Origin: Felis catus
Taxonomy: Eukaryota
Direction of reading: 5' to 3'
Assembly: GCF_018350175.1 (NCBI RefSeq)
Contig: NC_058377.1
Span: 109,058,001-109,122,000, forward strand
Length of the DNA stretch: 64,000 nt
Shown here: one piece after another, positions 1 to 27,100 of the stretch
How the letters are laid out: every line of letters starts with the position of its first letter
Numbering within the stretch: position 1 is the first letter of the stretch
Program-made: the position numbers and the translations under genes
Notes under the pieces: model-generated
What the model saw: the letters and a program-made list of their open reading frames with translations, nothing else
What the model was told of the DNA's origin: nothing
Database searches by the model: none

Positions 1-461
1 ACCCAAAGAGGTAAGTATTAGGAACTTTATTTTACAAATGAGGAAACAGATGAAGTTACAGAGCATGCCTAAAGGCCCACAGCCGGCAGACGGAGAAACA
101 TGGCACTGAACTTAGCTAAGTATGACCCCAAAGCCTGTGTGCTCTCTCACTGAGCGGCTTGATGACACTTCTAGTCTAGCTGGGAGGTCACGAGGTAGAG
201 AGGATGCAGGTTTGCCAAGTGGCTACAACGATAGGAACCAGGAGCCTCTCAGGGGAGCTCTAAGCAGCTTTGATTCTTGACCTGGTGGCAGAAAGAACTG
301 ACAACCAGGGATGTTCACGGTGGAACAGGCCCCTCAGGAAGCGGTGAGCCGCTCGTCATGTGAAGGAGGCATGACCTTTAAGAAGCCTCCAGTCTTGAGC
401 ACTTAAGGGTGAACCTGCTGACATTTCAGGGTAGATGTATGCTTGGAAAAAGTGCCCCCCA

Positions 462-735
462 GAAGGGAAGGGGAGAAAAATAGTTTCAAACAGAGAGGGG
501 GACAGACCCTAAGAGACTCTTAAATACAGAGAACAAACCGAGGGTTGATGAGAACAAACTGAGGGGGCAGGGGAGGGGGGCAAATGAGTGGTATGGATTG
601 AGGAGGGCTCTTGTTGGGTTGAGCACTGGTTGTTATATGTAAGCGATGAATCATGGGAATCTACTCCCGAAGCCAAGAGCACACTGTATACACCGTATGT
701 TAGCTAACTTGACAATAAATCATACTTAAAAAAAA
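462..735 (+). mobile_element. 5'-truncated carnivore LINE-1 3' end with poly(A) and target-site duplication
   Basis: Typical carnivore L1 3'UTR (…gagactcttaaatacagagaacaaac…ttatatgtaagcgatgaatcatgggaatctactcccgaa…aataaa…A-tail). Flanked by a 15-bp direct repeat aaaaagtgcccccca at 447-461 and 736-750. Confidence 0.85.
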
Positions 736-1915
736 AAAAAGTGCCCCCCAAACACTTCAAAGAAAAGTAGTGAAACTAGCCAAAGAAAAAAGAATAAGAA
801 CACAGATTTCAATGGGATGCGTGCTTCTGAGGATCCAAGGGGAAGGGGCAGAACAGTGGGAGTGATTTCAAGAGAGAAAACATTAAAAGTAGCAAGAACA
901 ACTTGCCCAGGCATGGGACAGGCGGGGGCAAGCTGATAAGCTCTGCGGAAAATGGCATAAGGAGCTGAATCACCACTGGGACAGACTCCTCCCTTTTTCT
1001 CCATCAACAGAGCACCCATCAGCAGCCTGGCATGAGACCAGCAGCTGTGGGGGGAATGCAGAACAGAGCAGGATAAGTAACAGTCTCTTCCCCTGGGAGA
1101 TGCACAGTAGAATCCTCAGGGACAAGATAAAAAGCCAAGTGGCTAAAAAGGTTGGACACATTCAAGATTAAGCACTGAAAGCAAGATAAGGCCCTGAGAA
1201 CCCAGCAGGGCAGACCCTGCCTTCCTCCCCTCAGTACACAGGGAGGAGCAGGGCCAGGTGCCTAAAGAGAATCACAAAGAAAGCACCAAAGACTGCAGGG
1301 AGCAGGAAAGCCAGAGCAAGGATCCAGGAGAAGTCATAAAGGGCGACTGGAAAAAGATGGTAAGAGGAATGTGCCCCTTTATTAGACGGAGAGAAAGCAC
1401 AAGAGGAGAAAGCAGAGGTTGTGGATGTGTGTTTGTGCTGGGTTATGTATGGTATGCACCTACGTGGGCCTATCAACACACGCACGTGGAGGTGTGCATG
1501 TGGCAGACAGGTGTCTGTTCAGTGCCTCTGGATGGACCTGCCTGAGGCCATGTTGAGGGCGTGTACAACTGTGCTTTTGCATGGGTGTGAACCAGCCATC
1601 TGACCTCAGTTCTCTTGACCTCTGCCCCATGTGGTCAGTCTGCCTTATACATGGGGACAAAATAACCAGACTGTAGATTAGAGAAAGACATGGTGGTCCC
1701 TGGGAGCCTGAGCTCCCCAAGAACAGCAGGCTCTCTCTGCACGTGCAGCTGCCTTCACCTCTCTGGGCCATAGTCTCCTTACCTGTAAAAACGTCTCAGC
1801 AGAAGCTTTCAACCCAGGGCGCACAGCACAGGCGCCACTGAAGTTTTGAAATAATAAGAGATGCCCAGGACCCACCCTTGCACCAATGAATCCCAATCTC
1901 TAGAAGAGCCTTCTA

Positions 1916-2142
1916 GGGGCGCCTGGGTGGCTCGGTTAAGCATCTGACTCTTGATCTCAGCTCTGGTCACGATCTCATGGGTTCGGGAGTTTGAGCCCCA
2001 CGTTGGGCTCTAATGCTGACAGTGCAGAGCCAGCTTGGGATTCTGTCTCTCCCTTACTCTTTGTCCCTCCCTCACTTTCTCTCTCACTCTCTCTCTCAAA
2101 ATAAATAAACTCAAAAACTTTTATTAAAAAAAAAAAAAAAAA
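1916..2142 (+). mobile_element. Carnivore tRNA-derived SINE (CAN-SINE/SINEC)
   Basis: ggggcgcctgggtggctc head, (CT)n body, aaataaataa/A tail. TSD aagagccttcta at 1904-1915 and 2143-2154. Confidence 0.92.
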
Positions 2143-2639
2143 AAGAGCCTTCTAATAAAGTCCCTGCACAAGAGATTCAGAAACGGAGACTCAATAAAAA
2201 AGACAAAGGGGCCCTGAGCTCCAGATTCCATTTCCTCCCCAGGAACTTGCTGGCAAGTTGGGAATGCAGTCATGATCTGATGGAGTCTCCCTGCATGGGA
2301 GGTTGGATTATCACACCCTAGCCAGCACTCCTCCGGAGAAAAGGCTGAAGTAAGGACTAAGGAAGACAGATCCCAAACACAAAAGACTCCTACCTGCAGG
2401 GCCCTGGAAGAACACTGACCAGATGAAACCGACAGGATAAACCAGCTCTGCACTGATGCAAACAGCCTAAAGGATAAGCACCAGACACTGGTCACAGTAG
2501 GAGATCCTGGGGAGGAGAGCTGAAGGGCCGAGGACAGTGGTCAGAGAGAAAGAAGTACAGTTCTTGTATGTGCCTTTTGAATTTTGCATCATAGGACTAT
2601 ATTAGCTACCTTTAAAAATCACAGGGAGAAAAAGTAACT

Positions 2640-3290
2640 GGCAGAGGCACAGGATCTGGGATAACCTGGCTGGATATGACCAGGATGTGCACAATCTAGG
2701 TTTAGCTGACCAGCTGACCCCAAGCAGATAGTGTGGTGGCTGTCAAAATTAGCCCGACTTGCGACTTCACAGTGGACAGGAGGCACTCTCATTAAGCGGG
2801 GGGACCATCCCTCTACGATCTGTGAAGTTCACTCCCTGTCTGGCTCCCTGAGCTCTGGACTGAGCACCACATTCTGAGCAGTGTATGGACTGACACCTAA
2901 AATACACCCTGAAAAGAGAAATTAGGATGGAGAAGGGTCAGGAACCTGGGGCAAGGGTGGGGAAAGAGATCATGTTTGTCAGTCTAGGCAAGGCAAAGAT
3001 TGGGTGGGGCACCATTGTCATCTCCAAGTATCTCCATCGGCAAAAGAGAAAAGCTGTCCTTCCTGAAGACAGCTTCAGTTTGGTGTCCATGAACACTGCA
3101 GGAAGGTACTTTTGGGGCTAAGGAAAAACTTCCTAGCCTTTAGAGCAGTCTCACAGCAGAATGTAGTGAGCTCCTTGTCCTGGGACATACTTGACCTAGA
3201 GGTCAAGTCCTGTAGGACCATCTCTCCATCAGATGGTGCCAAAGGGATTCTTGCATCCACCAGGACACTGAACCTGGTGGACTCTGAGTC
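2640..3290 (+). mobile_element. Highly decayed CR1/L3 LINE remnant (3' part)
   Basis: Ordered motifs resembling the L3/CR1 3' end (aggaaaaacttccta…agagcagtc…gtagtgagctcc…gaccatctc…agggattcttgcat). Recognised by eye only; boundaries approximate. Confidence 0.45.
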
Positions 3291-4149
3291 TGAGCCCACC
3301 CTGACTCAAGGAACACCCAAGTTCCTCGGGTACCAGTGCCAGGCCTTGTTGTGCAGGTTTTGTCCCTCAGGTGGTTATCCTGCTGTCACTCACCAGTGAC
3401 ACTGACCTAGAAGCAGTTGGGGCAGTGCCAGAGTAGCTTCCAATCCAGGGCTGCAGAGCATCTGATCAAAACCTGGGCCTGGAAGGGGTTTGGCAAGGCC
3501 AATAGGTGCACCCTTCCACCCTTTTTAAGAAACCAACATTTACTGAGTGCAGCATGTGGCTGGTCAGGGGCTACTGTGGGAGTGAACAAGACAGACAGGT
3601 CTTGGCCTGTATTCTAGGGAGGAGGCAGAAAATCAACAAGAAAAAAATTAGAAGGGATGAATGTTATAGAGAGATGGACTGGAGGGGGCTCTATGGAGGG
3701 GACTCAATGGGGGGTTGGGAATCAAAGAAGGCTCTCTGAGGAGGTGACATTTAATCTGAGCCCTGAATGACATGACCTTGTCTTGGGCATCCGGTTGACG
3801 AACAGCACTTGTGGTGTTCAACCACAGGGGCATGAGTCTCTGTTTCAGCAGATGCCCAGCTGCTCTTTGCTATCCTTTTCTCCCTTAGTGTCAGAAGCCT
3901 TTCCCCCAGAAAGCAGCCCCAAGACACCGCGAATCCCACAGGGACATAGTTCTGAAAGAGTTGGGTGAGGGGCAAAACCAGTCTCTAGAGACAAATGAGC
4001 CTGGGGTCATATCCGTGAGATGCAGATAAAAGCAGTGCTCGCTTCATTGGGTCTTTGTGAGCAGTAAATGAGTAAACGCATTTAAAGCATCAAAGCGTCC
4101 GACACACAGTAAGCGCTCAGAAAGTGGCAACTGCCTCAATAACCGTCAA

Positions 4150-13909
<9,760 letters not shown>

Positions 13910-14807
13910 TCCTGAAGGGGCAGCCAGTTGCCAGAGCCTCCACCCGGCACTGTCCCCATCCCCAGCCCTTCGCATGGGCCTGCTGCTTGCCCCACGTGTC
14001 TTTCCCAAGGACCCCTGTCTTTTCTGTTCAATCTCAGGGTAACCTCCTCCCTTGTCATCTCAGCCCTAAGCCCTGGAGGCAGGGCCCGCCTGCTCCAGCT
14101 CTACCCCTTATTTATTCCATCCAGCAGGGCCCCCTCTTCTTTAGGTTCAGGGCCAGCGTGAGGGGCTGGCCAGGATCTCCAAGGTAGAGACACAGCGGCC
14201 CGCCCTCCCCAGGCCCCGGAGACAAGAACACTGAGCACCTGCCGTCCCTTCAGCACTCCTCCCACCCCCCCCCCCGGTCCCCAGCCCCCGGCCGTTGCTT
14301 CTGTATATAGAGAAATAAGTTATTGGCCGCGCCCCTCCCCTCAGTCCACGGTACTCCCCGGTTCTCCCCTCACCCTGTCCTCCTCTAGTGGTACCGCCCA
14401 GGCCTTAATCACTCCCATTCCGCGCGGTGGTATCTTCCAAGCTCTACATCTTGGGGGGCAGCGCCTCCCCAAAGGGTTCCCTGGGCCTTCTCGCGCTCCT
14501 CCTCGCCTCTGAGGGGCGCGTTGAGCCCCACCATCGCCCCGTGCCCCAGGACGGAGAGCCCTCCCCTTGCCCGTCCTCTCACCGCCGGGCCCTGCCCAGC
14601 ATCCCGGCCTATGCACTGCCCCTCCCGCCCGGCCCCGCCCAGGCACGGCCTGACCCCGCCCCGGGCACCGCCCGTCGAGCCATCCTGCCACGCCTCATCC
14701 CACGCCTGCAGCTTCTCGCGAGGGGCAGTGATGACCCCCTGTGGCAGGAGGGGCTGTCCCTGTTGGGGGTGAGGCGGTCGCTTTCTATTTTCAAATGTTG
14801 CTGTAGA

Positions 14808-14813
14808 AATAAA
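14808..14813 (+). terminator. KLC2: KLC2 polyadenylation signal
   Basis: AATAAA about 900 nt after the stop codon, followed by a GT-rich stretch and then the RAB1B promoter. Confidence 0.8.
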
Positions 14814-15635
14814 GACCGTTTGAATCTGAGCCGGGCTTGTTTTGGAGCGGAGGCCGAGGTCTCCTAGCGTCTCTAGATTGGGGGTGAGGGCGGGAGAGGC
14901 TGCGAGCGAGCGAGCGAGCGTTTGTGTGTGTCTCTCACGTCCGGTCCCGTGCAGCCGAAGCCCAGATATTTTGCTCCTACCCCGGATTTGTTAGGGGGCC
15001 TCGCAAGTTCAGGGTTTTTTCTAACAACCTTCATCTCTGAGGTTCTAGAGACAGCGGTCTTTGAACTCTTCCCCTTACAAGGCTGTTTCACCTTGAGCGA
15101 ATTACCGAGAGTCGACTTTTCCATCTATAAAATGTGGGTGACGACACCCTCCCGGGGCTGCATCTGAATTAACAGTACCAGCACACCAAGAACCCCAAAT
15201 AAATGAACTTCTAATGCTAACAGCTCCGGGAGCTGAGAGGGTAGGGATGCCCACCTCTGCCAGGCAGACACGAAACGTGTCAACCCCAGCCCTAAATTGA
15301 GCTTTCCTGGTGGGGACACAGTCAGGCTCCTGGGCGCTTTCATCAAGCCCAGGTACGGCTACGGGGAACGAACTACAAGCCCCAGAAGGCATCGCGCGGC
15401 GATGATGGGGCGTGAGCTAGGAGACACACCCTCGGGTTTACGCCTGCGCAGCGGGGGTGAGTTGGGAAAAGCAAGGAGACTACAAGTTCCGAGAAGCAAC
15501 GCAGCAAGACCCAAGTCGGGAATGTTTGCGCCTGCGCGTCGCGGGCGGGGCCTGTGGGGCGGAGCGGCCACCATCTTGGAACGGGAGGCGGAGCAGAGCT
15601 GACTGGGAGCGACCGAGCGGGCCACCGCCGCCGCC

Positions 15636-21567
<5,932 letters not shown>

Positions 21568-22787
21568 NNNNNNNNNNNNNNNNNNNNNNNNNNNNNNNNN
21601 NNNNNNNNNNNNNNNNNNNNNNNNNNNNNNNNNNNNNNNNNNNNNNNNNNNNNNNNNNNNNNNNNNNNNNNNNNNNNNNNNNNNNNNNNNNNNNNNNNNN
21701 NNNNNNNNNNNNNNNNNNNNNNNNNNNNNNNNNNNNNNNGGCCCCCAAGGGAGGACACCCAGGACCTTTGGCTGGGGTGGGGATGTGGGCTTGCTCTGCT
21801 GCTGCCTCTAGGTAACTTTAAAAGGTACCCCACCACACACCTTTCTTTGGGATGAGGGCTCCTCTGTTCCCCTCCCTTGCCCCCCATGTATGCTGCAGTG
21901 GGTTTCTCTCCTTACCCTTTTTCCTTCCCACCCCACCCCACCCCCCCTTCCCCAAGAGCTGAGAGCCTCCCTGGCCGCTGCAGTCCCTGTCAGCAGTCAG
22001 CACCCAGGGCCAGGAATGGGACCAGGGGATCCAGGACCCAGGATCCAGGGCCCTGGGCTGGACCTCAGGAAGGGCATGGGGGCCACAGGGGCCCAGCAGC
22101 CCACCCTTTCCTCCCTGCCTCCCCTCCCCGCCCCTTCCACACTTCACAGCTCGAGCCGTCCAGCTGCGGTGGGGTCTGAGCACATCTAGAGCAGGTGGGC
22201 GGGCAGCCATGCTGGGCCTGTGTCTTGAGCCCAGAGGGAGCCTGCTCCTGCCACCCCCTGCCCTGCCAGAGCCAGGCCCATGTGCTGCCTGCCCACCGTG
22301 CCCCTTTGTCCCCAAGGCAGGCAGAGGCGGAAGGCCCACCGTGCCAGAGGCCGGGCGCCAGCCTTAACCCTCACTCTGCCAGCACCTCCCTGTCCCCGAG
22401 GCAGCACATCTGGCTTATTCTCCCCCTTCTGTTCTTGGAAACCTATGAGGGCAGGTCCTCATACCCTGGTGCTGCTTCTCCTCTGGGGAATGTGGGTGCA
22501 AACCCAGGGTTGAGGGCCTCCCCATTCCCGCCCCCTCCCCACCCCCCCCCCACCGGGATCCTAGCCCCCTGCCCTCTGGCACAGCTTCTTCCTGCAGAAA
22601 AACAAACCTTTGGTCTCTACCTGAGAAGCCATGTCCCTTGTGCTGTCTNNNNNNNNNNNNNNNNNNNNNNNNNNNNNNNNNNNNNNNNNNNNNNNNNNNN
22701 NNNNNNNNNNNNNNNNNNNNNNNNNNNNNNNNNNNNNNNNNNNNNNNNNNNNNNNNNNNNNNNNNNNNNNNNNNNNNNNNNNNNNNN

Positions 22788-22797
22788 AATAAATAAA
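22788..22797 (+). terminator. RAB1B: RAB1B polyadenylation signal (overlapping AATAAA x2)
   Basis: aataaataaa immediately after an N-run, followed by a GT-rich downstream region. Confidence 0.8.
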
Positions 22798-23329
22798 TTT
22801 CCACTGGCCCTCCGGTGAGCCGAGGGTTTTTGCAAGGAAGTTGTGGTGGTTGAGTGTGGTCTGTGGCGGGAGCTGTCTTGGGGTGGGGAAATGGAGCTGG
22901 GGCCCTGGGCTTGGCTGGCAGTACAGGGGTCCTGGCTTGGGCTGTGTGTCCTGGGGTTGCTATCGAAAGCCCTTGACCCACTTCCTAAAGCCAGGAGGGC
23001 TGCCTGCTTTTGCTTCTGTGGTGTGTCCCTACGGGCCCAGCACGGTTCCGGCTGCAAGGGAGGCAGGCGGACATCGGCGAGTACCTGGTGAGCCGCCGCC
23101 AACACCCACACAGGCGCACATCCATCCATGCTGTGAGGTTGGGCCGCAGATGTGCCCCATCATGCCTGGCCCGCATCCCCTTCAGCCCGTCTCCCAGCTT
23201 TGCCCTGGATTCAAGCCAGGTGTCCCCCCTGCCCCCCAACAGTGCCAAGTTCCTCCCACTTACGACCTCTTAGCCTGGCCTCCCGGCCAAAGTACAAAAC
23301 ACGTATGTGAGGGTAGGGGTGTGTGTGTG

Positions 23330-24100
23330 TGCTCGTCCGAGTGGACCGAGCTCGTTGTGTGACGCGGGGGGCGGGGGCGGGCACTTGCCAGAGATGTGCG
23401 TCCGTGCCTACGTGTCCCTGAGGTTGGGGCGGGGAGGTGGCTCCCGGGCCGGGCTGTGCAAGCNNNNNNNNNNNNNNNNNNNNNNNNNNNNNNNNNNNNN
23501 NNNNNNNNNNNNNNNNNNNNNNNNNNNNNNNNNNNNNNNNNNNNNNNNNNNNNNNNNNNNNNNNNNNNNNNNNNNNNNNNNNNNNNNNNNNNNNNNNNNN
23601 NNNNNNNNNNNNNNNNNNNNNNNNNNNNNNNNNNNNNNNNNNNNNNNNNNNNNNNNNNNNNNNNNNNCGGCCCCGGTCCCGGCCGCGCCGCCCGCGTCCC
23701 CCGAGGCCTGCGGGCCATGCCCGGCCGNNNNNNNNNNNNNNNNNNNNNNNNNNNNNNNNNNNNNNNNNNNNNNNNNNNNNNNNNNNNNNNNNNNNNNNNN
23801 NNNNNNNNNNNNNNNNNNNNNNNNNNNNNNNNNNNNNNNNNNNNNNNNNNNNNNNNNNNNNNNNNNNNNNNNNNNNNNNNNNNNNNNNNNNNNNNNNNNN
23901 NNNNNNNNNNNNNNNNNNNNNNNNNNNNNNNNNNNNNNNNNAGCGGGAGGGTCCGGGAGGATGGGCTCAGGGCCTGGGGAAACTTGGAGCCTCGTCTCCT
24001 CTATCCCCCTCTGGTCGGCTTCTGTTCGCCCCCATGAACACCCCCTCCCGTCGTCGGCTTCCTTCCCGGAGCCCCCTTCCTCCGCCGCCCCCGCCTGTCT
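23330..24100 (+). promoter_or_regulatory. CNIH2: CNIH2 CpG-island promoter and exon 1 region (largely N)
   Basis: GC boxes and CpG-rich flanks around N-runs 23464-23667 and 23728-23941. This is the only plausible location for the missing first coding exon. Confidence 0.7.
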
Positions 24101-27100
24101 GTGGGTATGTCAGTTGGTCTCTGACCCCCTTCCCCTGCCTCATGCCGTCTTGGGGAGTGGGGCAGAATTCTGGGATTCTTGCTCCCTTCTCTCCTACCCC
24201 CGAATCCAGTCGCCCCCGTTTGTCTGTCGGGCAGTTTGTCTGTCTGCTTGCCCCCCCTTTGTGGGTTTTTCCAGCCAGGAGTGATGGAGCCGGTTGCCAT
24301 GGCAACTGCATCTGTTTACAGGACCCACAGATCGCAGAGCCTGTTAACCCTTTCCCTCTCACTCCCCTCCCTGACCCGGCTGCGATGGGCTCTAAGCGGC
24401 CCCAGAGACCTAGTCCCCACCACCAGCTCCCCTCGGGCTTCCCTGCCCCCTCCTTTACCGGCTCCCTCTCAGCAGGTTTCCTCCCCACTTCTCCTTTTCC
24501 CCTCCTCTTCCTGCCCACTTTCCCCTTTGTCTAGCGTGTCCCCTTCGGTCTGTCTCTCACTCTGGTGTGGCTTCACACCTGATCTTTCAGAATGTCCATT
24601 TCTCATCCTTTATCCTAATCACCTCCCCTTAGAGAGAGTCCCTCTCCCTCATTCTGTCTGGGGCCCTCTCCTCAGCAGCCCTCTCTGCCTGGCTGCCTTC
24701 CTCTCACCAAGAACGATCACTCAGCCTCCAGCTCATTGCTTGGGGCCCTTGACCACCCTCCCTCCTCCAGTCCTCGGAGGTTTTGGCCCCCACCCCGATC
24801 CCCTCAGTGAGGACTGCCCGTCTCGGTCAGCGCTGGCCCGTCCATCTCGGCATCCTCTGCTCCCATGACCAAGACATATCTTCCCCATCTCCATCCTCTC
24901 TAGGGGGATTCCCTCACCCTCTCCAGTCTCCCCCCCCCCCCATATCCCCTTCTTTCCTTCCTATCGCTTCCTCCTCACACCTCACCTGCTTCCTTCCTGG
25001 TCTCCCCACTTCCTCTCTCTTTTCCTGGGACCTGCTGCCTGGCCCCGGATCCTCCCTGGCCCTTGACCAAGCTCTCCCTTCACAATCCCCCTTGCCCTGC
25101 AGCTGCCTGTCTCCTTGACATCAGGATTCTGTGGACTCTGCACCCTTCCTGTGTGAGGAGTGAGGCCCTACAGGCACTTTACAACATGCACCACCCCCCA
25201 TCTCCAGCCTTAAGCCTGGCTTTGTGCCTCTCTCTCTCTCTCATTCTGTGGGTCTCTTAGTTGCTTTTTCTTATCTTCCTCTTTCTCTGCCTCCATACCA
25301 CACCCCCCCCCCCCCTTCCATCTCGATCTCTCCTATCTCATTCCAGGGCAGTGGACAATCCTATGTGTGGTCTGGGGACAGGAGGGCTGGGGTCCTGTAG
25401 ACTGGAAGAAATTGAGGGTCGCAGGCTGGGAACACAGAGCCAAACAGCTCCTGGGAGAAAGTTTCCTGGAATTCAAGAAGCCCCTTTCCACACCCCTGCC
25501 CACCCAGAGGCCTCCCGCAGACCCTCTGGTGGTCCCTATCCTTAGGGACCACTCGGAGCAGCCCTCCATTCAACACACCTGTGTCAATAGGAAGCATTGA
25601 GACAACCAGGCTCTAGGTAGCTGTGGGGGAGTCAAGGATGAATAAGACTCAGGCTTTGCCCTTGTGGGGCTCCTAGGCTGGGGGAAAGGGCTCAACAAAT
25701 ATTTATTGAGCACCTATTATGTGTCAAGCACTGTGTTCACTTAACTATTTAATTGGGTGGTCTTAGCAAGTCACCCATGCTGAGTCTGTTTGTTTCCTTG
25801 TGGGCAAAATGGGTTTGTCGTATATACATCATAGTGCCCAGAACATGTCCTACTAAGGGAGTTGGGGGATGGGCATAGGAGGTGTCGTCCTGAATCCAAA
25901 TTGGTAAGAACTAGAAACTTCCAGGGCAGGACCCCAGATCCCACCCCAGACCCTGACCCAGTCCCCACTGGTTGCTAGGCATCCCTGATGGTGACTGACG
26001 TGTGTCAGCTGTCATCGTGGGGGATTGTTTGTTCCAGGGGGCTGAGTCAGCGCCAGGCAGCCTGGGGGGTGGGAGGCATGACACCCGCTGCCTGCTGGTG
26101 GTGCCAGCTCTGGGGCAGACAGACGGCACCCTTCCGCTCCCTGCTGGACCCCGTTGCTGTGTCTGGCGGGCAGGTGGCTGCCCAGAGTTCATGGGGAGAG
26201 GGGTGCTGCTCCAGATGGCCCAGCTCCCTCCAGGAAGCCCATGTTCTCTCCCTCCAAGCCGTCTGGGGTCTGAGATGCTTGGGGGTGTGGGCCCTGTGCG
26301 TGCCTCGTCCTAGGGCTGGTGCTGAGAGGAGGGGATCTCAGAAGGCTTTTCTTCCAGACCTCTTCCCATGCTAGCTGCACCCCCCCACCCCCCACCCCCC
26401 CCCACCCAGGTCTGTCCCATCATCCCCTCAAACACCTGTTCCTCCCAGGAGTTCCCCATCCCAATGAGGACACTGCCATCTACCAGATGCCCGAACACCC
26501 AAAGGCAACTTGGGCCCCTCTGCCTCCACTCCGCTGCCATTCAAGCCCTCTGGAGTCTGGCTTCTAAATAGCTCTGGAATCCGTCCACACCTCTCCACCC
26601 TCACTGCCATTCTCCTCACTCAGATCACTATCAACGTGAGTCCTCCCCCCACCCACCCCCAACAGTTCTCTGGCCTGGCCTAAGCAGTTAAGAATTTTAA
26701 CTCTGGAGTCTGGGTTAGAATCCATTCTTACCCACTGACTAGCTATGTGTAGCCTTGGACAAGTCACTTAACCAGTCTCAGTTTCTTTATCTGCAGAATG
26801 GATATGGCAGTACCTACGTCATCAGGTTGTTGCAAGCATTAAATGAGTTAGTAAACATGAAGCTGCTGGCATAGAGTAAGCGTCATGTGTGTCTTGGTGG
26901 GACTGTTAGCCAGTGTGTACCTCCTGCTTCATCTATCCTAAAACATTAGCCTGACCGCCCTCCTCTGCTGCTTTATACCCCTCAATGGCTCCCATTACTT
27001 TTAGAATGAAAGTCCAAACATCTGGCCTGAGCTTACAGCATCTGCAGCCCATCTCTCACATTCCCATCTTCCTTCCCACTTTTCACTCTGGCCCCATGAA

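Noticed and set aside
1258-1365. Charged peptide ORF ending at a donor-like ATG|gtaaga
   Set aside because: No ATG start and no matching partner exons; better explained by A-rich LINE-derived sequence.
23260-24534. Long ORFs of 150-365 aa spanning the CNIH2 promoter
   Set aside because: Artefacts of translating through N-runs.
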